DNA from: Betaproteobacteria bacterium
Lineage (GTDB): Bacteria > Pseudomonadota > Gammaproteobacteria > Burkholderiales > UBA3065
Direction of reading: 5' to 3'
NCBI GenBank assembly: GCA_009923755.1
Contig: RFSW01000003.1
Coordinates: forward strand, 1-50,594
DNA: 50,594 bases
The notes under the pieces were generated by a model, which was not told the DNA's origin, did not search any database, and was given only the letters and a program-made list of their open reading frames with translations. The translations under genes and the position numbers were made by a program. Below are positions 1 through 8,838 of the stretch, piece after piece (the stretch's first letter is position 1; each line of letters begins with the position of its first letter).

Positions 1-407
1 ACGAACACGACATCGAGGTCATTGGCCGCGGGCTCGGTCTCGGGCATCGGGCGGCGACGCTCGCGCAGCTCGTAACCAAGTCGGTCCGCGACGAGAAGGA
101 GCGCGTTGATCGCCCGCGTCTCGATGGCGGCGTTGACCCGCACAACCGAGAGCACGTTGCTCCAGGTCGGGCGGTCCTCGAGCGGATCGCGCTCGAACCC
201 GAGGAGGCTGTCCATGAACGCTTCGGTGAGGGGCGGGATGTCGATCTCGCGGCCGTCGACGAACCGCACCAGCATGCCCGTGTAGGGCAGCTGCGTGACC
301 GACAGCACCACTTCAGGCCGATCATGGAACAATTGCTCGTAGACGCTCGCGTCGCTCTCGGTCAGAACCCACTCGAGCAAATGTTTTTTTATGGTGGTTG
401 AAAGCAT
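1..407 (-). CDS. hypothetical protein, runs off the left edge (MLSTTIKKHLLEWVLTESD...)
   Basis: ATG at 407 with AAGGAG RBS; open frame to window edge; absent from ORF track because truncated. Confidence 0.7.
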   Translation of the reverse strand, partial: MLSTTIKKHLLEWVLTESDASVYEQLFHDRPEVVLSVTQLPYTGMLVRFVDGREIDIPPLTEAFMDSLLGFERDPLEDRPTWSNVLSVVRVNAAIETRAINALLLVADRLGYELRERRRPMPETEPAANDLDVVF

Positions 408-555
408 CGAGAAACTCCTTGTGTGTTTATTTTATCATGCAAATAGAGGGAATGAAATTGGTTTGAGCTTGGCTTTTTTATCGTTTGTCGCAAATTACCT
501 CAAATGCACGGTATTCTAAACTTACCTTTATGATTTGTTTGCCATAATGGATGTC

Positions 556-1395
556 ATGACCGATACGTCCCTGACGCGCTCCACGGCCTGCAATCTGATC
601 CTGCTCGCCACCCTCCCGACCGGAGATCTCCTCGCCACCGCCTTCGATCTCGAGGACCGCACTTTGCCAGCGCGCGATGCGCACCAGAAGGCCGCGATGG
701 TCCAGCGCGAGCTGATCGTGGTCTCGATCTTCCGGCGCTACATCGCCACCGCCGACCGCCGCGCCGATCACATCCTGCCCGAGCAGCAGTACACGCTGCT
801 CGGTGCCTCGCTCGAGCGTCTCGTCGCCCCTCCAGGGCAGGTCCTAGCCGCGCTGCGCACCCATCTCGTCGATCCTGCCCTCGATCTGACGCCGGAGCTG
901 ACCGCGGCCGCCCACATGCAGGCCTCCAACGGTCTGCCGCCCGATGTCCCGCCGCTCGGGCGCATCATGACCAAGGCACGCACCGCCATCGCCGGTGAGG
1001 ACATGCCCATCCTCGATCCACTCGCCATGAAGTCTCTCCTGATGGCTCAGGCCTGTCTGCGCGCGATGTTGCCCGTCGCGCACCGCCGCCCCGATCTCGT
1101 GATGCGGACCGCCCCGGCCGATCCCTTACCGCTGCGCTTGGCCCAGGAGCTCGCCAACGCCGTCCTCCTCTCCGGTCTGCCGGCGGGGGAGAAAGAGCGT
1201 CAGGACATCGAGAACCTGACCTGTATTGCCGAAGAGCTGCTCTCAGCGGCAGGGCTCTCGAACCTCGCCCGGCAGTTGGCGGACTTCAGGGCGCATTTTG
1301 CGTTGGCTCCTGCCGCAGCCGGTACGGCACTGCCGGATCCCGCCGTGCCAGCTCTGATCGCCGGAGGACGCGCCCATGCCGCAGCCGACCGGTAG
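556..1395 (+). CDS. unrecognised helical protein, paralogue 1 of 3
   Basis: Long ORF; shares blocks (QRELIV, APPGQ.L, DL.P.L, VPP.G.I) with 1651-2475 and 3701-4547; start 547 or 556. Confidence 0.8.
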   Translation: MTDTSLTRSTACNLILLATLPTGDLLATAFDLEDRTLPARDAHQKAAMVQRELIVVSIFRRYIATADRRADHILPEQQYTLLGASLERLVAPPGQVLAALRTHLVDPALDLTPELTAAAHMQASNGLPPDVPPLGRIMTKARTAIAGEDMPILDPLAMKSLLMAQACLRAMLPVAHRRPDLVMRTAPADPLPLRLAQELANAVLLSGLPAGEKERQDIENLTCIAEELLSAAGLSNLARQLADFRAHFALAPAAAGTALPDPAVPALIAGGRAHAAADR

Positions 1396-1654
1396 TGCCG
1401 CGGCGACCGTCTGGCGGATCGGTGACCGCGCCATCGTCGAGGGGGCGGCGCGCTTCGAGGGTACGGTGACGGCGCTCTTCACCCTGACGGCCGCCGACGC
1501 CGACAAGCTGCGGATCAAGTATCCCTGGATCGAGGCCGGCGATCTGGTGCTCGTCCTGATGGACGACAGCGGCACGCAGCGCACCCGCATCGCCTCCGAT
1601 CCGACCGTGCGCCGCGTCATCACCCCAGCCGCCGCCAGAGGAGAGGAACCTTGA
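1376..1654 (+). CDS. small hypothetical protein, possible SH3/KOW-like beta barrel
   Basis: GGAGG RBS; overlaps both neighbours; 'WRIGDRAIV...FEGTVT' pattern. Confidence 0.65.
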   Translation: MPQPTGSAAATVWRIGDRAIVEGAARFEGTVTALFTLTAADADKLRIKYPWIEAGDLVLVLMDDSGTQRTRIASDPTVRRVITPAAARGEEP

Positions 1655-2475
1655 CCACACACAATGCTACATTGCCGTATTTTCGCAAACTCGCCGCGAT
1701 GCCGATCGGCACGCTTCTCCATCACATCGTCGAGCAGGACGCCCCGGGCCTGGTACCGCTAACCGTGCTCGAGGAAGCCGCGGACATCCAACGCCAGCTC
1801 ATCGTCATCGCCGCCTTCAAGCGCGATCTTCACACCGAAGGCTTGCTCGTCTCTCGACTGTCGCCCCACGGCCGCGAGACGCTGCGGGGTGCGACCGTCA
1901 GCTCTTATCTCGCGCCCGCCGAGGGCCTGCTGGCCGACTTTGCCCGCACCCATCTCGCCGATCCGGACGCGGATCTCTCGGCTTACCTGACGGTCGCCAA
2001 GATCCAACAGACCGCCAACGCCGTCGCACCCGAGGTGCCGACCATCGGGATCATTCTCTCGAGCCCCGCCGCCGCGCTCGGCCCCGACGGCCGCGCGTTG
2101 TTCGACCGCGACCTCGTCCGCGCCGCCCTCATCGTCAGCGCCTGCCTGCAGGCCCTGGTGCCCGATAGCCGTCGGCCGGTGATGCTCGCCCCGCGCGCCG
2201 GTGTGGAGAGCGAAAGATCAGCGTCGGCCCGCGACCGGGGGTTCGATCTCGGCTTTGCCGTTCGCAGCACGCAGCAGATTGCCGGCGCCGTGCTCTCCGG
2301 CGAGCACCCGCTCGACGCGAGCGTCCGCACCACGCTTCTGGGCTATCTGCGCCTGGCCGAACGCCGTCTCGTTCGCGACGGGTTCTCGACGTTCGCAGGT
2401 CAGCTCTCTGTCTTTCGTCAGCACGCAATGGATACCGGTGCCATGGTTCCCCCACAGACCCTGACTGTGTCCTGA
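1651..2475 (+). CDS. unrecognised helical protein, paralogue 2 of 3
   Basis: GAGGA RBS, TTG start overlapping upstream stop; homology to 556-1395. Confidence 0.8.
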   Translation: MTTHNATLPYFRKLAAMPIGTLLHHIVEQDAPGLVPLTVLEEAADIQRQLIVIAAFKRDLHTEGLLVSRLSPHGRETLRGATVSSYLAPAEGLLADFARTHLADPDADLSAYLTVAKIQQTANAVAPEVPTIGIILSSPAAALGPDGRALFDRDLVRAALIVSACLQALVPDSRRPVMLAPRAGVESERSASARDRGFDLGFAVRSTQQIAGAVLSGEHPLDASVRTTLLGYLRLAERRLVRDGFSTFAGQLSVFRQHAMDTGAMVPPQTLTVS

Positions 2476-2530
2476 TCGTGCGGACGGAGACCCCTGCCCA
2501 CGCCCACCACGGGGGAGGGGAGAACTGGAA

Positions 2531-2566
2531 CGGGGCCGGACATGCTGATGTCCGGCCCCGCTTTTG
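2531..2566. terminator. intrinsic terminator between convergent genes
   Basis: Perfect 13-bp stem cggggccggacat/atgtccggccccg followed by cttttg. Confidence 0.75.
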
Positions 2567-2582
2567 TGAGTGTGTTTCTATG

Positions 2583-3038
2583 TCAGTTGCTGCTGGTCGC
2601 CGGCGTCTCGGGTTTGGCCGGCCGGGCGGCGATCGCCGATTGCATCTCGGTCCAGGTCGCGGCCACGCGCGTGCCGATGATGTCGCTCATCTCCTGCTCG
2701 GTCTCCGTGAGTATCGCGCGCATCTCCCGCGCGCTTTCGACCGACGTGCGATAGGCCTGACCGAACAGATCCGCCTGCAGCTGCATCCGCCGGTCCGGCG
2801 TCTCGTGCCCGAGCGTCTCGGCCATCCGCGTGTTGTCCTGCACCATGCGCGTGACCATGGCCACCTGCCGCATCATCGCCTTCTGGATGCCGCGCATCGA
2901 GCACTGCATGGCCTCGCTCATCGCCTCGGCATTCCGCCGTTGGATATCCAGCACCAGACCGACCGGCGCCATATCCATCGGTGCCGGTACTTTGGGAAAT
3001 ATAAAACCGTTCAATCCATTCTTTTTATTGCTCGCCAT
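2583..3038 (-). CDS. phaP: phasin family (PHA granule-associated) protein
   Basis: CAGGAG RBS; 'QRRNAEAM..A.Q....G.Q....RQ', 'Q.DL...AY...V..ARE' pattern of alphaproteobacterial phasins. Confidence 0.7.
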   Translation of the reverse strand: MASNKKNGLNGFIFPKVPAPMDMAPVGLVLDIQRRNAEAMSEAMQCSMRGIQKAMMRQVAMVTRMVQDNTRMAETLGHETPDRRMQLQADLFGQAYRTSVESAREMRAILTETEQEMSDIIGTRVAATWTEMQSAIAARPAKPETPATSSN

Positions 3039-3200
3039 ATTGATCTCCTGTGAAATGGTTATTAACATTTATATTAATTTTGCTGCGTTTTCCACTCATT
3101 ATTGTATCGGGTCTTTTATGGAAGATTGGCTGCGTTTCTGGGAGCTCGTCTGGTCGCACTGTTTGCAACCTGTCATCGGCCGCTGTCCGAAGGGGCGGTC

Positions 3201-3653
3201 ATGACCAAATCCAAGTCACGCACCACGCCGCTCTCGCCGGTGCTCCCTATGCTCGCTGCCTTGCAGGACCCTAAGCGCGCGGGCTTGGCCGGCGCAGGCC
3301 TGATCCTTGTCCTTGCCGCCGTCCTGATCGTGAAAGCCTCCGCACCCGCGCCGATCTCGGATTGCGAGTTTCTCCTGCTCCTCAAGCGCGAGGCGCTGCG
3401 CTGCGGCGAGAAGGTGCTCGCCTACGAGGGCGCGGAGACTCGTCTGCAGTGCGCCGCCCGCCGTGCACTGCGCGTCACCGACACCCGCAATCTCGACCCG
3501 CCGCCCCGCGCCGAAACCCTGATCGCTCTCTTCGTTGCGCTCGATGCGCAGGTTCATGCCGGCGTCATTACCCCGGCTGCCGCCACCCGACGTCTCGAGA
3601 CCTTCGTCGGCCTGAAGGGGTGTCTGGCAGGCGCCGAGGAGACGCCGCGTTAA
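3201..3653 (+). CDS. hypothetical membrane-anchored protein
   Basis: AGGGG RBS; one hydrophobic segment followed by a Cys-containing domain. Confidence 0.65.
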   Translation: MTKSKSRTTPLSPVLPMLAALQDPKRAGLAGAGLILVLAAVLIVKASAPAPISDCEFLLLLKREALRCGEKVLAYEGAETRLQCAARRALRVTDTRNLDPPPRAETLIALFVALDAQVHAGVITPAAATRRLETFVGLKGCLAGAEETPR

Positions 3654-3700
3654 TCTCCCGATAACCAGAATTACCGTATACTGAATGATGGAAGGCAGGC

Positions 3701-4547
3701 ATGGAGCTTTTTTCCCCGTACGAGACCGACAGCATCCTCGACCATCGCATGACGGCCCGCGTGCCGTTCGGCGTCATTCTCCGCGAGATGATCGCGCTCG
3801 AAACCCGCGGCACCGAAAAGCTGCCCATCGCCGCGCTCTCGCGCGACCGAAATCCAGAAAGAGCTGATCGTCATCGATCTCATTCGCCGTGACATCGAAG
3901 CCGGCGGACCGTATCGCGAGATCATCGAGGAGGCCAAGCTCGGCAACCTCGCCACGGTCAACGCCTGGCTGCTCATCGCGCCCCCGGGGCAGGCGCTCGA
4001 CGCCTTCCGCGACCGCTTCCTGAAACGGCGCGATCTCGATCTCTCGCCGCTCCTGCACCGGGCGAGCCAGCTGCAGACCACCAACCACGTGCCGGCCAGC
4101 GTGCCGCCGATGGGCGCGATCTATACGAGTGCCCAGACGGGCCTCGGGCGCAACGGCGGGGCCATCGTCGACCATTTTGCTCTGAATGCCGCGCTGCTCG
4201 TCCAATCGGCCTGCCGGTCTCTCGTCGAGCCGTCCGAGCGTGGCGGGCTCTCCATCGCTAAGGTCTACGACAGCGATCCCGTACCGCTACGCAAAGCCCA
4301 GGAGCTCGCTAATCGGCTCCTGGTCGAGCGGCGTCTGCGCACCCCGCAAGAGGCCGCCGAGATCCACGACCTTCTCCAGATCGCAGCCGGCTGGCTGCTC
4401 GAGGCCGGCTTCCGCGTCTATGCCCAGACCGTCGTCAATCTCCTCGACCAGCCGCGCGGGCCGCTCTCGTCCTATCGTCTCGAAGCCCCCGATGGGGATC
4501 GGGCCGGTGAGATCGGACTGTTTCAACTCCGGCAGTTCGACGCCTGA
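3701..4547 (+). pseudogene. paralogue 3 of the unrecognised family, frameshifted near 3845
   Basis: N-terminus in 3701 frame; EIQKELIVIDLIRRDI... continues from 3849 in the 4089-4547 frame; shift lies in a cgcgcg run. Confidence 0.75.
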
Positions 4548-4969
4548 CCCGCGCGAGCGAGGGTCGGCCGCAGCAACGTGCGCCGTGTCCTGGCCCGCTG
4601 CGGGCGTTACATCTTGCGCACAGCGGCATTTGTCGAGCGCGACGCGATTTCATGCATGCGTGAGTCAAGGGCCGGCGAGAAGATGCAGTTCTCTGAGGCT
4701 GCGTCAGCCAGCACGGCGGCGGCAGCGTCTTCGATCGCAACGAGGGTCTAGGTCGGTCCGATCTCGCCGCGCCGCCGACGTACCATACCCCAACGGGTAC
4801 TGAGCAAATTTAGTCAAATCCGGCTCTGATTACAATGAATTCCTATCCCATTGTGCCGTCGGCACCGCGCGCACTCGACCATCTCAATGGTGTCTGGTTG
4901 CCTCGATGGAGAGGCTCACCGGTCTGGTTCGGTTCTCCGTGCCGCAGCGAACACCGACACCCATGCTCC

Positions 4970-5338
4970 TCACGGCGCATCCACGTAAGCGGACGCTGCG
5001 ACAAGCTCACCTGCGGCGCGGGTATCCGCGAGGACGGAGCGCCAGGACCTTGCGTGCTCCAACACCGGCTCGCTGCCGGCGGTATGACGGATGACGAGGA
5101 TATAGAGGCCGCCTATGGGGACCGTATCGAACGCCGGGCCGCTCATGACCGGCCGCCAGCCGTGCCGCTCGCGCACGATCACCGAGAACCTCCGCGCGTC
5201 AGTCGCAAACGTCAGGACAAGCGTCGTCTCGGAATTGCCCGCGCGGGATACAAGACGCGCCACCACGATCCCGTGGGGGGCTTCGCCTTCATGAGATGAT
5301 CCGGAGGGGCCGTTATGGCGCATACGCATGTATGGCAA
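4970..5338 (-). CDS. hypothetical protein
   Basis: ORF with plausible beta-rich composition only. Confidence 0.35.
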   Translation of the reverse strand: MPYMRMRHNGPSGSSHEGEAPHGIVVARLVSRAGNSETTLVLTFATDARRFSVIVRERHGWRPVMSGPAFDTVPIGGLYILVIRHTAGSEPVLEHARSWRSVLADTRAAGELVAASAYVDAP

Positions 5339-5783
5339 GAGTCACAGACTCGACAGCATCTCGCAACACGTCATTGCTTCCGAGCATGGTGCCTGCTGCT
5401 GCTCCAGCTGGCGACCTACCGAAAAGCACCCATGGCTCAGCGGGGCTTGCACTTGCGGCTGTACGGTTGTGCGTATCTACGGCATCAGCGCGTGTTTGAG
5501 AGACCGGGCCCGTGATAAATAAGCGTCGATTTTCACCACTGAATATGATAGGATAATAAAATATTCTGCTTAGCGCTTCGCGCTTCAGCCACATGCACCC
5601 AATCGGCAAAAATCATTTCCATAACGCAGAGTGATAATAGTAATTATGACAATGCATGGAAAAAAAGTGCTCGTTGTTATGTAAAATCACGCTCCGATGT
5701 TTTCTCGTCTGGCGGCTGTGATGTCGTGATTGACGACCGAGTTCGGTCTTGTTCGATGCGGCTGTCGATGTCAGACTTATTCC

Positions 5784-6200
5784 ATGGTGTTCTGTCTCGC
5801 TTTTTCGCTCTCTTCCGTCCGGCTTCGTCTCGCATTCAGCACGGCCCTCGCTGTCGCCCTTCTCAGCCCTCTCGCGGCAAAGGGCGCCGAGGCGCGTTCT
5901 CGCTCGGTCTTCGAAGCCATCACGTCGCGCCCCTGGGCACACGAGCCCGACCGACTGTTGTCGCCCGAGCCGGCGATGCCCGTCCGCGATGGCCGCAGCG
6001 GCACCTGCGCTTACACCGAGCTCGTCGGCCAGCTGTTCGGAGATGCCGACCTCTCGATCATCGAGACCCCCTTTCGCGTCAGCTATACGCAGGCGCCACC
6101 GCTCGACGCGCTGACGCCACGCGTGACGGTGCTCGTCGATCTGCAGACCGATCGTATCCTGCGCGTGCATTGTCCGCGGCCTGGGTCAACCCCGCGCTGA
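5784..6200 (+). CDS. exported protein with peptidase inhibitor I78-like domain
   Basis: Signal peptide; C-terminal 'C....LVGQ...RV......D...PRV.V.VD....RI..V.C'. Confidence 0.6.
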   Translation: MVFCLAFSLSSVRLRLAFSTALAVALLSPLAAKGAEARSRSVFEAITSRPWAHEPDRLLSPEPAMPVRDGRSGTCAYTELVGQLFGDADLSIIETPFRVSYTQAPPLDALTPRVTVLVDLQTDRILRVHCPRPGSTPR

Positions 6201-6276
6201 GCGACCGTCGTCGGCGGGTTGGGTTTTTTGATGAGGCTTGACGCTGAAACGAAGCTCGCTCTTGCCCGCGCTGCGG

Positions 6277-6546
6277 TCATGTCGCGTCCATCGCGTTCAG
6301 GAACCGTACCCGCACCGCCGGAGAGGCCTTCGCGAAACTGTCGTAGAACTGCAGGAGCGCGCACGTCCCGGGATCGGCAATACCGTCGCTGCTGCCGCCG
6401 CCGGCTAGCCCGTCGATCGCGACGATCGCGCTGCGCAGCACCGCCTTGATGTCGTGACGGTCGGCGCGCTCGGCTTCCTGCGAGAGAAAGTAGAGGGCGG
6501 CGAGGATGCCGCGGATCACCCGGGTTTGATGCGGCATGGCGTTCAT
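6277..6546 (-). CDS. 89-aa protein translationally coupled to luxI
   Basis: ATGA overlap with luxI stop at 6543-6546. Confidence 0.7.
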   Translation of the reverse strand: MNAMPHQTRVIRGILAALYFLSQEAERADRHDIKAVLRSAIVAIDGLAGGGSSDGIADPGTCALLQFYDSFAKASPAVRVRFLNAMDAT

Positions 6547-7181
6547 GCGGCTTGCGAGGTCACGGCCGCCCGGCCGTAGGAGAGGACACGGTCGTGCAGC
6601 CCCGTGGTACGGCGCACCTTGAGGAGGATCTCCGGCGTCACCGCCACCCATCCCGCACGGATCGCATGGCCGGTGCCGAGCGTGCGCTCCGGTCCGATCC
6701 AATCGATGTCCCAGCCCGAACGCGTGAAGATGTTGCGCCAGTAGGCCGGGTACATGATGCCGATGTAGCGGGTGATGCCGGTATCGAGCCCGTATTCGAG
6801 ATAGGCGACCACGATCTCCTGGATGATCCGGCGGCGGGCCTCGGCCGGAAGCCGGTCGTCGACGCAGAAGCGGCTCGCCTCCCAGACCGCGGGGGATTGC
6901 GGCAGCTCGATGTCGGTGACGAGGTGGCTGAACACCCGCTGCAGCATGTACGGCCGGTCCGTCGGGTAGAGCCGGCAGACGCCCTCCGCCTCACCCGCCC
7001 CGTTGCGGGCGACGAGATAAGTCGTCGCGGGGTTGTCGTAATCGTCGTACTCCAGCTCGCGGATCGTCGGCACGTCCCAGTTCTGCCGCGCGATCACGCT
7101 GCGGTAGCGCAGCCGGTGCTGCGCGGCGATCGGATTGCCGTCGAACAGATGGTTGGTCTCAAGCGTGACGCACTCGATCAT
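6543..7181 (-). CDS. luxI: acyl-homoserine-lactone synthase
   Basis: RLRY...W, EYDDYD, RLYPT..PYML, WEASRFCVD motifs; adjacent to LuxR. Confidence 0.95.
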   Translation of the reverse strand: MIECVTLETNHLFDGNPIAAQHRLRYRSVIARQNWDVPTIRELEYDDYDNPATTYLVARNGAGEAEGVCRLYPTDRPYMLQRVFSHLVTDIELPQSPAVWEASRFCVDDRLPAEARRRIIQEIVVAYLEYGLDTGITRYIGIMYPAYWRNIFTRSGWDIDWIGPERTLGTGHAIRAGWVAVTPEILLKVRRTTGLHDRVLSYGRAAVTSQAA

Positions 7182-7241
7182 GGTCTTCGTGGGGTCCCGT
7201 GATTACACGGGTTCCATCAGACCAGAGCGCCGTGTGCCGCG

Positions 7242-8003
7242 TTACCTAGCAACCTCGATAGGCTCGACGAAGTTGGGCGTGATGAGCCCCTGCCGCAGCG
7301 CCTTGGCAACCGCGAAAATCCGCTCGTTGGCGCCGAGCTTGCGGTAGATGTTGGCGAGGTGGAAGCGCACCGTCGGATATGAAATATGCAGCATATCCGC
7401 GATCACCTGGTCGCTCTTGCCCTCCGCCACCCACAGCAGGATCTCCCGCTCCCGTGCGCTGAGACGGATCTCGCGCGCGCCGTCGTGGGCGTCCGCGCAT
7501 TTCTCCGAGTAGGCGATGTGGAACTGTGCCGCCATCGCCTTCAGGAGCCCCAGCAGGTTCTTGTCGGGTTTGACGTCGCCGGTCGCATTGGCGAGGCCAA
7601 TGCCGGCAATCTCGCCGTTCGGGCCGTAGAGGGGAATGCCGACGCCGTCGCGCAGCCCCGCCTCCGCCGCCTCGTTCATCACACGCCGTTCCTCGTCCGT
7701 GAGAACGGCGTGTGCGACGAGCCAATCCCAGGTGAAGGCGTCGGCCGTCTTGAAGGCGAAGCGCGGCACCGGGTCCTTCCGCTCGTAGCCGCTCGCCGCG
7801 TAGTGCGCCATCCAGTCCTCGGGATAGTTTCGTTCGAGGCCGTGCCCGGCCTTGACGCCGAGCGAGGGGTGGTCGGTGATGCGGCTGTAGATGACGCGGT
7901 CGAAGCCGAGTGCGGCGAGCGCCTGCTGATAAAGATGAAACACCTCCTCCGGCGTCTCGGCGGCATTCGTTCGTGCAATGAAGTCCTCGAACGTCCGGCC
8001 CAT
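7242..8003 (-). CDS. luxR: LuxR-family AHL receptor
   Basis: NYPEDW..HY....Y...DP autoinducer-binding motif; C-terminal LSAREREIL..GKS HTH. Confidence 0.95.
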   Translation of the reverse strand: MGRTFEDFIARTNAAETPEEVFHLYQQALAALGFDRVIYSRITDHPSLGVKAGHGLERNYPEDWMAHYAASGYERKDPVPRFAFKTADAFTWDWLVAHAVLTDEERRVMNEAAEAGLRDGVGIPLYGPNGEIAGIGLANATGDVKPDKNLLGLLKAMAAQFHIAYSEKCADAHDGAREIRLSAREREILLWVAEGKSDQVIADMLHISYPTVRFHLANIYRKLGANERIFAVAKALRQGLITPNFVEPIEVAR

Positions 8004-8010
8004 GAAGACC

Positions 8011-8370
8011 TCACGTCCGCTGCAGGAACGCGTCGATCACCTGGAAGATGCAGCGGCGCGCCTCCGCGTCCTTGATGGCCGCGAACGAGCGCACCAGCCG
8101 GATCGTCGCGGGATCGAGATCGAGCACAGGCGCACGGCGCGTGGCCGGCAGCAAATCGTGCACGCCGAGGTCCAAGGCCTCGCTGAACCGCACCAGTTGT
8201 GTGAACGACACCCGGTTCTGCCCGGTCTCGTATTTCTGGACCTGCTGAAACGAAACACCGGTGCGCTCTCCCAACTCCTTCTGGCTCAAGCCGAGAGATT
8301 TACGGGCCGCCCGGATGCGTTTCCCGATGATGAGGTCGTTCGTGTCCGCTCTGCTTTTCGTCCTGCGCAT
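8011..8370 (-). CDS. XRE-family regulator, PraR/PhrR-like
   Basis: IGKRIR..R...GLSQ..LG...GVSFQQVQKYE.G.NRV; C-terminal 'LVRSF..I.D...RR' helix. Confidence 0.9.
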   Translation of the reverse strand: MRRTKSRADTNDLIIGKRIRAARKSLGLSQKELGERTGVSFQQVQKYETGQNRVSFTQLVRFSEALDLGVHDLLPATRRAPVLDLDPATIRLVRSFAAIKDAEARRCIFQVIDAFLQRT

Positions 8371-8838
8371 GAGAAATTTGCATATTATTCGTGTACGTGA
8401 CAATTCTAGCGCATGCCAATCGACATGCAAATCATCTTCGGGGGGATCCCTGTCGGGGGTTTCCGTAATGGCGCGGCCGTGGTGGCCGCCGATGCGGTCC
8501 GACGCACGGCCGTCAACGACAATGGGTGCGAAGACGACGACCTGCCGCCGTCAGGGCTGCTGACGTTCTATTGAAGCGTTGTCAGGCGTCCTCGAGGGCC
8601 GTCTCCGAGAGGCTCGTCACGCCGTCTTTGTCCGTCGCGGACGCGCAAGGCGATCTGGCAGGCTCTGTCCTTGTTGCCCCTGGACCAGCCCCCGTCGTCT
8701 ACGCGTGCGGCAGAGGTGGGCGCCCCGCCCTGTCGGTCGTCGGGCTCTCGTGAACCGAGCCCCGCCTTAGCTCACGCGAGAGCGGCGGGTCTCGGCCATC
8801 CGGCGTCGATCCCTGGCGCGGCTTCGCCCAAGCTCCAG

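Noticed and set aside
556-573. MTDTSL start shared with the ORF at 45605
   Set aside because: No similarity beyond six codons
3062-3077. CtrA box upstream of the phasin gene
   Set aside because: Spacer is 8 nt rather than 7, in AT-rich DNA
6187-6229. Terminator after the I78-like gene
   Set aside because: T-tract present but the stem is imperfect with a large loop
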